A stretch of DNA of 46,584 nt from Hyphochytrium catenoides (taxonomy: Eukaryota > Protista > Hyphochytriomycota): positions 1-46,584 of the forward strand of contig FLMG01000245.1 in the NCBI GenBank assembly GCA_900088475.1, written 5' to 3'. Shown piece by piece: positions 34,560 to 46,150 of this stretch. The notes below the pieces were generated by a model. That model was not told where the DNA came from and did no database searches. It was given only the letters and a program-made list of their open reading frames with translations. The position numbers and the translations under genes are program-made. The first letter of the stretch is position 1. Each line of letters starts with the position of its first letter.

Positions 34560-35686
34560 CAAGTCATGCAAGCCACGACATCATGGTGCCAGAATGGCTT
34601 AAAGCAACTTGATCTAGAGCCTACCGCAGCAACTGCAGCAGCCCTAGTACGGATCGGTACCATCCGCCGGTCGCATGAGGATAAGAAAAAATAAGTGGTG
34701 GCTGGTAAGGGACGGTGGTTGAGAGCCTATAATTGACCTTCAGATGTTCTTTGCTGGAGGATGTATGCCCCGACCAGGTATCCTTCGTCTCACTTAACCT
34801 GAAATTCCTTCTTAGGAAGCTTCAGCTCCTCTGTCGAAGCTTCTAACTTATCCTCAAACGAGTCATTGCTGGATGACCTGGTGTGATCGGACTTGCGGGA
34901 CTAGCAAAGGACTCAGAGGGTAAGGTTTTTGGGCCTATCACCCCTCTCTGCATCAAGCGCCTCCCACAGCTCCTGAAGGACGAGTGTCGAGGCTCCAGTC
35001 TCCCAAGATGCCGTGCAGGTGTCTGTTTTGGGGCATCGGGACTATCCAGTGGCGTTGATTCTGCAGCATTATTGGCTCTCTCGCGGAAGAAAAAGCTGTA
35101 GCACGGGAAGTAGCAGTACTGCTGGGCTCTGCACCAGACAGCGAGGAGGGTTAGTCTTGGTGAAGCTGCTGCTGCGTCGTTTTCTGCTATCTGCTAATAA
35201 TGTTGAGCCAATAGATTATCAGAAGAAGAGTCTCTCAAGCATGTCTAATATCGCAGAGGATAGAAGATCTCTTCAGACTCTGCAGGCTGGTGCGTGAAGA
35301 TTGACGTCTGGAGGTCTGGAGCCCCTTCCAGAGATCTCAAGAAGTTGAAGTCTCGTGAGGTCAGAACCAGAACCTCGTAAGACTGCCGTCGTATTGGTCG
35401 TTAGCGGACATCCGCTCCTGATGGGTTGCAGTGTGTTGGTTTGGGCAGACCTTGGTTGGGGGAGGAGGAAAGAGAGATTGGGGTGCAGCTGGTGCTTGTC
35501 TGCTGGTGCTTGTCTTCAAGGCATTGCTGCTGCAGCTGCGATTGGGCCTTCTAGAACTTCATTATCCACCTTCATCAGCTCCTTCATCACTCTTCTCTTC
35601 TCGTCAAACTACGACTTGGATGTCCCATCATCGCTCCGTCAACGATTCGCAGGCAAAGCATGAAACCTGCCAGATAGGTGGCTCAT
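34560..35686 (-). pseudogene. Degraded or orphan coding-like sequence divergent from the ankyrin gene
   Basis: From ATG 35686 the frame reads MSHLSGRFHALPANR*RSDDGTSKS*FDEKRRVMKELMKVDNEVLEGPIAAAAAMP*RQAP... A separate open exon-like segment lies at about 35100-34798, flanked by CAG and GT. Confidence 0.3.
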
Positions 35687-35689
35687 AAT

Positions 35690-36896
35690 ATGGGAAGGAA
35701 GAAGCGTGACAGAGGGAAGAAGCGGCAGTCTCGGAAGACAGGTATAGTCGCTACGCTCTGCCTACGCCAACAAGGGTTCATTGACAGTTTTGTCCGCAGG
35801 TGCCTTCGACTCAGCAAGTATGGCTGCCGGTGAAGAGCTATTCTCTGAGCTTATGATGCCTGAGGCTCAAGGTTGCGAAGACGCGGAGTCGCTCGCCGCT
35901 CAGCAGAAGCTTATTATCGCCATGCGGAATAACTCCATGGATGAGCTCCTGTCTCTTGCTGCGGAGTTCCACTTTGAAGAGATGTCTGTTCGGGACATTG
36001 GCGATGAAGTGGAACCTGCAAGCTCCGTGGCGCTACCTAGAACAAGAAAACTGATTTACGATGACTTAGATCCTGAGCTGGCTAGGGATTTGGTGGCCGA
36101 TGTCATGCGAGCGATGCATCAATGGCAAACTCGTAAGGCATTAGAGGATAAACAGGATAGTGAAGAGGATGTGGAAGACTTCAATCGGCTCAAGACTGGC
36201 TTCCATCGCCTATCTCTGTTGCTTTTGGCTAAAACCCCGAAGGATGGGGTGGATATGAAAGACTACTTGGGCTGGTCGCTATTGATGCAGGCTGTAAACT
36301 GCGACCTGTTAGACATGGTGAGGGACCTTCTCCAGCTTGGCGCAAACCCCAATATAGTCGATCAGAGCGGCAGAACAGCACTAACAATGGCCGTCGAGCT
36401 CTGTCGCCCGAACATAGTGCAAACTCTTCTAACGAGCAGTCCACAAAAGCTTACCACCATTGAGACAAGGATCAAGTCAAGGGCATCGGCGACTACACTT
36501 CAGAATGAGCAAAACAGTGAAGACGGTGAGGGATGTACGCCACTCATGATCGCCTGTCTACAAGGTTACGTGGATATCGCACGTATGCTTATTGAAGTAG
36601 GTCAAGCTGATATCGGCTCCCACCAAGACGGTACTGGAGATTCTTGTCTGCACTTAGCAGCTATGCATGGACATCTGGAGGTTGTCAAGCTACTGGTGAA
36701 TGCTGGGCTAGACGTGAATGTCAAAAATGACTGCGAACAGACGGCGATCTTCGGCTGCAGCAGTTTAGCTATTGTGCAATACCTTGTGCAAGCAGGTCTC
36801 GATGTGGCCGCAACTGATGTGGATGGCGAGACAGCACTGTCAATCGCATTAGCATTAGGAGACAGTGATGTCGCCTGTTATCTACAAATTTGCTAA
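35690..36896 (+). CDS. Ankyrin-repeat protein with basic N-terminal exon
   Basis: Ankyrin motifs GWSLLMQAV, GRTALTMAV, GCTPLMIAC, GDSCLHLAAMHGHLEVVKLLVNAG and GETALSIA. Exon 1 MGRKKRDRGKKRQSRKT splices in phase through a short GT-AG intron ending at 35799. Confidence 0.88.
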
Positions 36897-36954
36897 TAGA
36901 GGCGTGCGGATGCTACCCCTTCATAGCCCTTACTTAATACCACTTTGCCCGTCG

Positions 36955-37947
36955 TTATGTGACAGGATCGACTCCGGGGACTGAAGGTGATCTGTGCATT
37001 TGTGGGGTTAGCGCTATTCTAGCGGCGGTGCTTCTCGGCGGAGTTGCACTAGCGAAACTCTTTCGGCGGCCCTCCCCTTTCTTAGCCTTGACGGCGACCA
37101 CGCTGGTAGTATTGTTCTCTTCTGCAACAGGTGAGCTGACGGGATGGATCTTCTTATCTGCGATGAACGAGTTTCCATCATCTTTTCCCAGAAGTGCGGA
37201 GGTTTCCGAAGCCCTCTCTAACGTACTCTTTGCGGTGACTGCTGCTGCTTTGGCTGATATTCCTGCTATTCTGTTTCTAATTCTGGATGCATTGTGTGAA
37301 CTCTTCGCTCGAATGGTGGCGGGCGGCCACAAATGCCGCTTTGGCCAGGCTGGGAGGTCGGGAGCTTGAGCTGGTTCTTTGGCTCCTTGTGAAGATCGTC
37401 CTTTCCCATCCTCTTCGTCTGAGGATAAAAATATCTCTGTGGCTTCTCTTGTAGGCTCATAGATTGATGATACAAAATCTAATGGATCCTGCAACGCTCC
37501 AGACTGGATCTCTGCAGCTCTTAGGCATTCCCGCCGCCAGAGCTCCAGCTCTAAAACACCGCAACCACATTAGGGAACATCATCAGGCAGCAAAAACCCT
37601 GGACCTCACGTACCTGGTGGATATGCCTGGCATTGATAGTTGGCATACGAGGGATCCCAGACTAGCTTCGAGACCTCCTGCCGCCGTGCATGCTGATTCC
37701 ACAGATCCTGGAGGTCTACACCTAATGCGTCCTCATCACCCTGCGAAAGACCAGGGGGACGGGTAAGTTCACCTGGCCAAAGTTCGCCGGACTGTCTAAA
37801 CCGACTTACAGGGTCACTAGCCTGCCAGCTTGGGCAAAGGAACAGAGTTTTTAGGTAGGGCTGCTCAATCCGCCGCTGACTGAACGGGCCGCGGTAGAGA
37901 TCCGAAGCTCGACGAGGCCGCTTCGATCCGGGCCGATCCTGTGACAT
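36955..37947 (-). CDS. Hypothetical protein (3 exons), low-complexity C-terminus
   Basis: MSQDRPGSKRPRR...ASDP|GDEDALG...AYPP|ELELWRRECLRAAE...GVDPVT*, with canonical donors GTAAGT and GTACGT and in-phase acceptors. Confidence 0.6.
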
Positions 37948-39050
37948 AGCAACTACGCTGGCGACAAGGACAGGTTCAGTTGGCAGCCCTGGCTTCCAAA
38001 GAGAGAGGGACGGACACATGCGAAGGAGGAGAGAGACCGCGGTCCTCACGCCCTCAAGTAACTGGAGAGCTGTGAGGAGGTGGGTGACACGAACTCTTTG
38101 TTTCCAGCATCTCTCCGAGTCTGTCCTTCCCCTATCTGTCTGTGGCGCCTCTCTTCTCTTCGTTGTTTTACTACCTCCACATAACACAAGGGGCTTAAGG
38201 GCCCGCTGGACCTCATGCTTTCATTGCCTAGTGTACCGCTAACGGCTGGTCCAGGAGGAGGTCTGTGCGCCGAAGACATTAAGTGGGAAGAAGAAAATGA
38301 TGATTTTCGATGATGATGATGGGCGCAAAGTGAGCCGACGCACTTTCTGACTTCTACTTTGATAGAAGTGGTACGTTCCAAGCGGCCTTTATCGCTCTAA
38401 TAGACCAGATGAATTGCCGTTGGGCTCTTCAAGACCACCACTTCTTTTCCCTTTACTATTCAGTGAGCTCTGATAAGGGAAATTATGCGACCGCTACGTC
38501 CGATAATGTCATTGCTTTTTGGTTCTTGGTAAGCTGTTTATCCGTGTCGTCGATGGCGTGCGTTTGTGAAATTCATCATACCTTATACTATACCAAGAAG
38601 AAAAAAGCTTCACTCATCTTGGCTCCGTCCACGATGCGTCTGACAACACTAAATCGAAAGCTCAATAAAGGCAGCCATGTTGTCGTCTAGGTCAAATATG
38701 ACCCATGCTGTGAGCGATGTTGACTCATGCTGTGAGCGATGTTGCCACAATAAGAAAGGTTGTTCAAGCCCTTTTCATAACCCCCCTGCCATGGCAATGC
38801 TCCGCCGGACCCCCTGACGGGTGGTTCAGAATTAGCCAGAGCCTAGAGAAAGCATAAAGGAGCAGTGCCCATTACCCCTGACAAGGGAATGTACTTCACG
38901 TCCCGCCATGGGAACGATAGCACAGTCATTGGTATTTATACTCTTAGCCATGAAGTCTAATGAAGCACGGCTATTGTATACAATGTTGATACTTATATAC
39001 TTACACAAAATGCCGTGCTGCCCTAAACGAGGTTCAACTTCCCAGACTAC

Positions 39051-40262
39051 CTATGACACTGTCGATGGACTCTCACTAATATTTGCGACAAGCTGGGCTA
39101 ACCAGCGCTTCGTGGCTGGATCATCCTTTAAGGCGGCATGGAATGTGTTGTCCCGAAGTGCATCAGGCAAGCATTGGCGGAGGGCCTCGCGTGCCCTGTT
39201 CGCAGTAGGTAGTCAGATATAGTCAAAAGCAAACAGACATTCAGCAACGCACCTAAGATTGTCTGACAGCCGAAGATAGCATCTAACTATGTGCTTCAGC
39301 AGTCTTGTTGACGGAAACTCCACCAGCACCGAGACCATATTACTGAGGACTGTACTAACCTGGATAACGACACAACGAATTCGCACAACGATTATAGCAA
39401 TAGGACAGCAATGCTCATCATCTTTTGCTTAACCTACCGCATAGAAGCGCTCAGCGGTGGCGCAAATGTAGTGAAGGCCCATCTCATCTAGCAACATTTT
39501 CTGTACTATGAAGGTTGCCACCTAAGCGCATGCAACGGAATGTATAAACGCAACGGAATGTATAAGCCACGGAAGCACTTGCCGACAGTGTCAATGAAGT
39601 ACCGTCTTTGAGAGTTCACTGCCGGTTTCCATTATCCGCAGGCATAAAGGGATAATCTCCGTTTGTAGCAGAAAGTTTATCACCTCAGAGTCATCCATCT
39701 GAAAGCTTGTTAGTAGCGATTATCGCATCAGTGGCGGTAGGCACATTTACCTTTACAAGGGCCCCAATCACACCCAAAGACGTCAGCCTCAGATACTCGA
39801 AGGGTCTATTCTTGCTAACGGTATTCAGGAACGGATAAAGATATAACGGAATATGCGCTGAATGCGTAACAACGTAAGACGCAGCTTTCGTAGATCAAAA
39901 GACAATCCTACCATTAAGAAAAAGAGTCCTCGTCTCAGGGTGCGAGGCCACACATTGGAGCAAAGCTAGTGCATTGCACACACGGTTGGACGCATGGGCG
40001 GTCAGTGCTGGCGGGGATAGGAGAGGGTATATCGAGACTATCTCCTGTACTCGAGGAAGAAGTGTCACTATACACGCAGATGGATGGCACGCTGTAGGCG
40101 TCTAACCTGAAGAAGAGCAGATACCGTGCCCACAGAGTGCCATAAGATAGGGGCCAAGTCTGGAAAGCCTTCACGCTTCTTACTCAGCTCGAGCAAAGCC
40201 GTTTCTCGGTGGTCGGAGCTTGTCAGCTCCAGAACTAGAGGATATAACTGCTCCACGTCCAT
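39051..40262 (-). CDS. CNOT9: CCR4-NOT complex subunit 9 (Rcd1/Caf40), 7 exons
   Basis: [86 protein letters not shown] and [15 protein letters not shown]. All introns are GT-AG. Confidence 0.97.
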
Positions 40263-41525
40263 TCTATAGAATGCAGTGGCTCCTTTGGGAATTGTAGTGG
40301 ACTGTGGGCTCTGTTCCAGCACCCGCAAAGTCACGGGTTAAAGAGATAGAACCTTATAACTCAGGCCAGCGGTCTCCGGTCCACAGTTCACCGATCTTTG
40401 GGAAAGCAGAGTGGATAGCAATGCCTCTTGGGCCGCAACACAGATGCTTTCGATCTCCTGCCCGGGCCAGCGCAGCAGCACTGAAGGTGACTGCTGAAAG
40501 TTATCTTGAAAGCTCTTGATGAGTGACAAGGAGTTCCAAGTTCCAATCGAGTCAACCTCCATCAGTCTGCCTGTCTTGCTGTGTTGTCTGCAGATGGTGA
40601 GCCCAATCATGATGCAACACGGGGGTCCCTGAGCAGGCGCAAAATGCGACGATATGAAGCGCTCACCTTATCATATAACACCGCTAAAAACGCTACTCAA
40701 TGTTTGACTGATATTGTCACGGCATAGTTGCACCTGGAGTTTCCGTCAAGCTAATCTCAGGACAAAGCACACAGTTATCAGCAATGAAAAACAACCAATT
40801 GAGGCTGATTTTTCTCCCTAGATTGCTATCATCAACACCTGTCTGACATTTAGTTAGTCAGATTTTCGGTGCCTTACGGGGTTCCTTTGACAGACTAGTG
40901 TGACCCATCACATCAATGCGACAACAGCTGGAAGCCAGTGCATCCGTTGTACAGTAACGCGCACAACGCACACCACCTTTTCCCTCACAAAGGAAAGAAC
41001 CTCCGAACCATGTTCCGTCTCTTGTCTCCCTCGCCCGCCTTCTTGTGAAGGTCAGAAATTCTTCTGCACTCACAACCTGCGAACGTTGGTTCTCTGCTGC
41101 TGATGCGCAGCTGTTGGTGGGCACCAATGTCCATTCTTCTGTTCTTGCGGCATATTTTATTGGCAGCCCATCAGAGTCAATGATCGAACTTTCTTACATC
41201 TCTTACTAAGACCACTTCTATCGTCGCTGGCTCGAACAGAGTGCAAAATAGAGTAAGTTCCAAGGCCTACCCCTTATCCTTCGATGAAACTAGCCATCTA
41301 CGTCTTCTAACAAGGACAAGCGAACAAGAAGCCCTGTCCCGTAGGTCGTGACGGCCACTTGAAGTGAATATTAGAGGTTCGTTTTCCAGGTAGTGACTGT
41401 TGCTTGGCATGCTAGATCTAAGTCGTTTTACCCGGTTGCGGCTGTTCGAACGGGCACCCCATGAGGCAACACGACGCTGACATGGATTTTGTTTGCTTTG
41501 ATCTTGTAGTACACTTTAGCTTGAG

Positions 41526-42052
41526 ATGGACAGGGAAAGTCGCTCCAAGACGGAGTCTGAAAGGGCGTCGGGGGCTCCAGCCTCACACTTTTCCGGCCTG
41601 CATAGGCTTGTAAGCACACCATCAGCCAAAGACCTACTGAAGAAGGGGCGGAGCTTTGACAGCCCTTCCTCCGTGAGCAATCGGGGTGTCCAACCTCCCG
41701 ACGGAACTGCAAAGGACAGGATGAGGTTTTGGCGAGAAAGAGGTCGTCAATCCAGCAAGTTCTTTGGCGAAAAGTTAGATAAGCGAGTCTCCAAAGTTCC
41801 TTCCTCTCGGCGGCTTCTGCTTGATCCCAAATCAATGGGCGAGGAAGAGAAAGAAGGACCAATGCCTGAGTCTCTGACCCACGATGAGCATGGACAACCT
41901 CACGGCTTGAGGGCCGGCTTTAGAAGGAAGGTACGTACCATAGGGTTGACATATGCGTGGCTTGCCGATTTCCTCCTCTTACTCAGTGGTTGTTCCGTTT
42001 GATTGGCGTAGGCACTCCCACCCCCGGCTTTGAAAAGAGACAAGAGAGATAA
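41526..42052 (+). CDS. Small basic hypothetical protein (2 exons)
   Basis: ORF MDRESRSKTE...GFRRK, donor GTACGT, acceptor ctcag at 41986, then WLFRLIGVGTPTPGFEKRQER*. No recognisable domain. Confidence 0.5.
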
Positions 42053-43249
42053 TCAGCACCGGGAGCATATTAGTAATGACGCTTTAGCAAAAGGAGCCTA
42101 GCCTGACTGCCTTTCCGTTCCATGTGACACTATAAAGTACAGGCCAGAGAACTCCCTCTTTTGGCTTCAACTATCTGACATCCTAGCATCTGAAGACAAT
42201 AGTCGTATACGGCTTAGTAAAATACATCCATATGATAGAACTATCCGACAGCACCAACTATAATAGATGGGGCAGTTGATTTTTCCAGCTTCAAACTTTG
42301 TGAGAGAAAGGTCGGCCCTGAACAAACAATATGAAATGGCGGTAGTGCCGCTGCTAAAGAGCTGAAGAGCGCACTAACCACTCCTTAAAAAGTTGAGATG
42401 TCCATGATATGGGCGCTGTCGATATTTCCTCCGACACGACCATGATCTCGAGGTATCAGGCTGCGAACTAAGATAGCGGACGTAGGGAGGTGCACCAATG
42501 ATGGGGCATGAGTATTCCATCCTCCACCTGATTGATAAGCGTCGCTCAACCTAAGCCTTCTACCGTCAAACAGAGGTATAAACTTGCCTGTTCACTTGCG
42601 CTCTGCAGAATCCACCAAGCAGTAATTCCTAGTAAGAAGACCAGCTGAGTAAACATCTGCCACCTCTTAATTCCTCGAGTCCCTTCTGCTCCGCAGCAGG
42701 CTGCCAATCCTCCGCTGCCAGATCTTGGACATCAACATCAACTCAACCACCAGATCTATAGAGCACTTTCAAGGTGGATGGGCGCTACAATAACCCTCAC
42801 TTCACTAAGGGGTGGGTGGTGACTGTTCTGTACAGATTCTTATCGGCGTGTCACTTCTGCCGCTGCTTCTCCTCCCTGTTCGTCACCTGGAGACTTCATT
42901 CTCCTTCGTCCTCGGTACATGCCTTCGTGCGCAATGTTAACAGAATGAAAGAGCCATAGCTTGCGCAGCGCTTCGTCTTTGGATTGCGGCTGCACGGGCT
43001 TTGGATTGCTGCGCTTCGTCTTAGCCTCATACACACCGATCCGATCGGCTGTGTAACACCGCTGCTTTACCCTTGTTCCCTTTCGATACGGGATGTCTCG
43101 TCTAGCTCTCATAGTCTAGCTCAGAAGCCCTCCTTCCCTCTGTCTCTCGCTTTCCTGCCCCTTTATCTTCTTTCGCGGTGACAGTGTAAAACAAGCCCAG
43201 CTGACCCGAAGGCCCTAACCACTGCCGGGGAGTCTCATATCTCTTGTCT

Positions 43250-44031
43250 ATGAGAGCCACGCCTAGATTGCTGCAGAGAATGACTCACGCTAGGGGCCAG
43301 ACTACGCTTAGAACGCCGTTGGACTTCATTCATGGTCCGGTAACCATCAGAATATCTCAGGGAGACATTACACGGTGGCAGGGAGATGCCATCGTAAATG
43401 CAGCAAATGAGCGAATGCTCGGCGGTGAGTATTGCGCGTTTTGTCCACATGACCCTAGCTAAGGTAGGTCCCTCTCAGGAGGCGGAGTGGACGGAGCCAT
43501 CCATAGGGCCGCCGGCCCAGACCTGCGTGAAGCATGCGCCCAATATCCCGCGGATGATAAAGGGGCTCGGTGCCCAACAGGACAAGCCCGACTGACGCCG
43601 GGGTTCAGGCTGCCAGCTAGGTACGTCATTCACACTGTCGGACCACGGTACACTAGCCACGAGGTAAGTGACGCAAGTCTTCGGACCATTCATACGACGA
43701 GGAAGCCTCATTAAGCCATCTTTCGCAGAGATCTGCCCCACTTCTTGCATCAGCGTATAGATCTTGCCTTAAGTTGGCGGAAGCTAAAGGTCTGAAGTCC
43801 ATTGCATTTCCTGCGGTTAGCTGCGGTGTATACGGATATCCCTTAGCTGAGGCTTCCGAAGTGGCGTTGAAGGCCATCAAGGACGCAGTCGACGCCAGCC
43901 CGCAAGTCTCACTTAGGCTGATTGACTTTGTACTATTTGGTGAGACGATCGTCGAGGCCTGGTTGAGCAGTGCTAAGAAGCTGGGATTACAGTCCGCCGC
44001 CCAACAGTCGAAGGCGGCCGAAGAAGAGTGA
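43250..44031 (+). CDS. MacroD/YmdB-type macrodomain protein (O-acetyl-ADP-ribose deacetylase / mono-ADP-ribosylhydrolase), 3 exons
   Basis: [38 protein letters not shown] and [15 protein letters not shown]. The N-terminal extension is Arg-rich. Confidence 0.93.
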
Positions 44032-44779
44032 CGCGCCTTCATATAAAGAACTCGAAGGCTAGGGTAGATATCGATTTTGACTAAGGTGAGCATCCTTTAG
44101 GCAGCTCATTTTGATATGCTTGGCCTGCAAACACCTGCACACATTTAGAGGGCCTCTTAGTCGCTACGTGAGCAGTGATAATCTCACTTCCAGATGAAGA
44201 GTAGCCCGTCGCGGGTTGAGTCTATAAATCAACTGCACTTTAAAAGATTATATCTACAATCGTGACATCTACATAACATTGGTCCCTTTGCGTGCTCTCT
44301 CACTCTAGAGAACGCTACACCGCAGGTCGCACTGTAAGTCTCATTCTGCAGTCCTTGCGAGGGACCGATGCAGGCGTCTAGAACCGAGAACAATCCCACC
44401 ACTACCTCCATCTATACATGTCTGGCAGGGGATGAACTATAGCTCGGTTCTTCTACTTTTACGCAGCAATGGTGCTTTCTTCCCTCTCGCTCCCGCCAGT
44501 TGGGCTCCTGGCGACACGAATGTCACGCATACCCTTCTGTCGCCATAGTTGCGCTCCAAAAGGAGCTAAGAGCTCCTTTCCACCCGCACTTGAACCCGAG
44601 AACCGAGGTCTCCTAACCCGATCGTCTGCACCGATAGCAGAAGCTGAAGAGTAGAGAGCAACTATTAGAAATAAACCATTGTCCTAGACGACAATGCCTT
44701 AGAAAAATGGAATATGAACCGTAACAGGTAACCATGCAAAAGAACTCGGGAATGCTATCAAGTCAACCTATAGCGCTGG

Positions 44780-46150
44780 CTAATGTGAAACATAGACTGT
44801 ATAACGTGTAACCTTCCTCTTACCTTCGCTCTCTGAGGCCCTCTCCAAGTGTCGACTAATAAGGCCTTCAAGAGGCAAATCAATCAAGTTGCCTGTCAAA
44901 CCCAGATTCCGTACTGTGAAGTTCATCACTGCCATATCCAGCAGCGCCTCGCCTCCCACGTTGGTAATGCAGTTCTCCCTCAGGATGACCTCTCTAATGA
45001 CGTCATTGACCTTCAAGGCTTTGGCAATACTCACTGCCGTCTTGTCACCTACGCTACAGCCTGTTAGGTCGAGCAGCTGGAGGGTTCGATTTGTCTTCAA
45101 CGCTTCAGCAATAAGCTCTCCCCCTTCATCTCCAAAGGCGTTGTAACCTAGAAAGAGCTTTAGTAGCCCTGTATTTAGCTTCAGACAGTCGGCCATAAGA
45201 GAAGCTCCAAGGACGCCGACTTCATTGCTCCATACATTCAGATGCTTCAGTGTTTGGTTTGTCTTCAGAGCTTCTGAGAGCTGACCAATGCCCTCATCCC
45301 TGAGGGCATTTCCGTACATAAATAAGAGTTCTAAGGTCGAGTTACTTTTCAGAGTTTCTGCTAGTGCAGCTCCGACGTCAGGACCTATGGAGTTGCCATC
45401 CAGATCTAGACACCGCAGCGTAGAGTTAGATTGCAATGCTCTTAACAAAGCAATGGCACCCTCGCTGCCCAGATTGTTCTCCATAAGGTGCAGCTCCTCA
45501 AGCTTCACGTTGACTCGTAGTGCCGTAGCAATCGCCGTTGCCCCATCACTATCAATGCCATTGCTGCCCAAGTCTAGTTGCGTTATCCCGGTGTTGCTTC
45601 CCAGCATTCGCGCTAACGCCTGAGCTCCTGAGTTGCCTATTGAATTGCTATTGAGACCCAGCGTGGTCAGAATATTATTGCCAGCTAAACCCTCTGCCAG
45701 CAGCGCGATATTCTGAGAATTGATGTCCATTCGCTCGAGCCAGATCACTTGCAATGTATGCTGATTTGACAGTGCATTGGCAAGCTCCCACATGCCCTTG
45801 TCGTCTATGCGGTTTTCCGATATGCTCAAGGCTGTGAGATTGCGATTCTTCCGCACTCCTTTTGTTATGGCTTTGATTCCCTTGAGACCAATCCTAGCAT
45901 AAATCTCTATAGACTGAATTCGCTTGTTTGCTGCCAGGTACTCCGCAAAGACCGACGCCGCATCGTCAGAGATCATAATGAACTCATCAAGGACCACAGC
46001 TTCTCCTCCATCTTCTAAGATGTCTATGAGGGCTTTGTATGGTGCCGGCATTGAACGCCTCCCTCTTCGAGGATTTGACTTAAAGGAAGTGGTCGACGGA
46101 GGGAGTACCTTTTCCCTTTCCTTCTTCTTTTTGGAAAGTTTACCTCCCAT
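44780..46150 (-). CDS. RI-like (28-aa) leucine-rich repeat protein, NLRC3-LRR-like, with predicted N-myristoylation; intronless
   Basis: About 12 repeats of the type NxxLxxLxLxxNxIGxxGAxxLAxAL. N-terminus MGGKLSKKKK. Confidence 0.92.
   Translation of the reverse strand: MGGKLSKKKKEREKVLPPSTTSFKSNPRRGRRSMPAPYKALIDILEDGGEAVVLDEFIMISDDAASVFAEYLAANKRIQSIEIYARIGLKGIKAITKGVRKNRNLTALSISENRIDDKGMWELANALSNQHTLQVIWLERMDINSQNIALLAEGLAGNNILTTLGLNSNSIGNSGAQALARMLGSNTGITQLDLGSNGIDSDGATAIATALRVNVKLEELHLMENNLGSEGAIALLRALQSNSTLRCLDLDGNSIGPDVGAALAETLKSNSTLELLFMYGNALRDEGIGQLSEALKTNQTLKHLNVWSNEVGVLGASLMADCLKLNTGLLKLFLGYNAFGDEGGELIAEALKTNRTLQLLDLTGCSVGDKTAVSIAKALKVNDVIREVILRENCITNVGGEALLDMAVMNFTVRNLGLTGNLIDLPLEGLISRHLERASESEGKRKVTRYTVYVSH

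Noticed and set aside
40735-40749. About 15-nt match (tggagtttccgtcaa) to the CNOT9 coding strand near 39.31 kb
   Set aside because: It is short and isolated, and compatible with chance.
35690-46150. Ankyrin + macrodomain + LRR as a defence island
   Set aside because: These genes are interspersed with the housekeeping gene CNOT9, the domains are common in eukaryotes, and no NTPase or effector partner is present.
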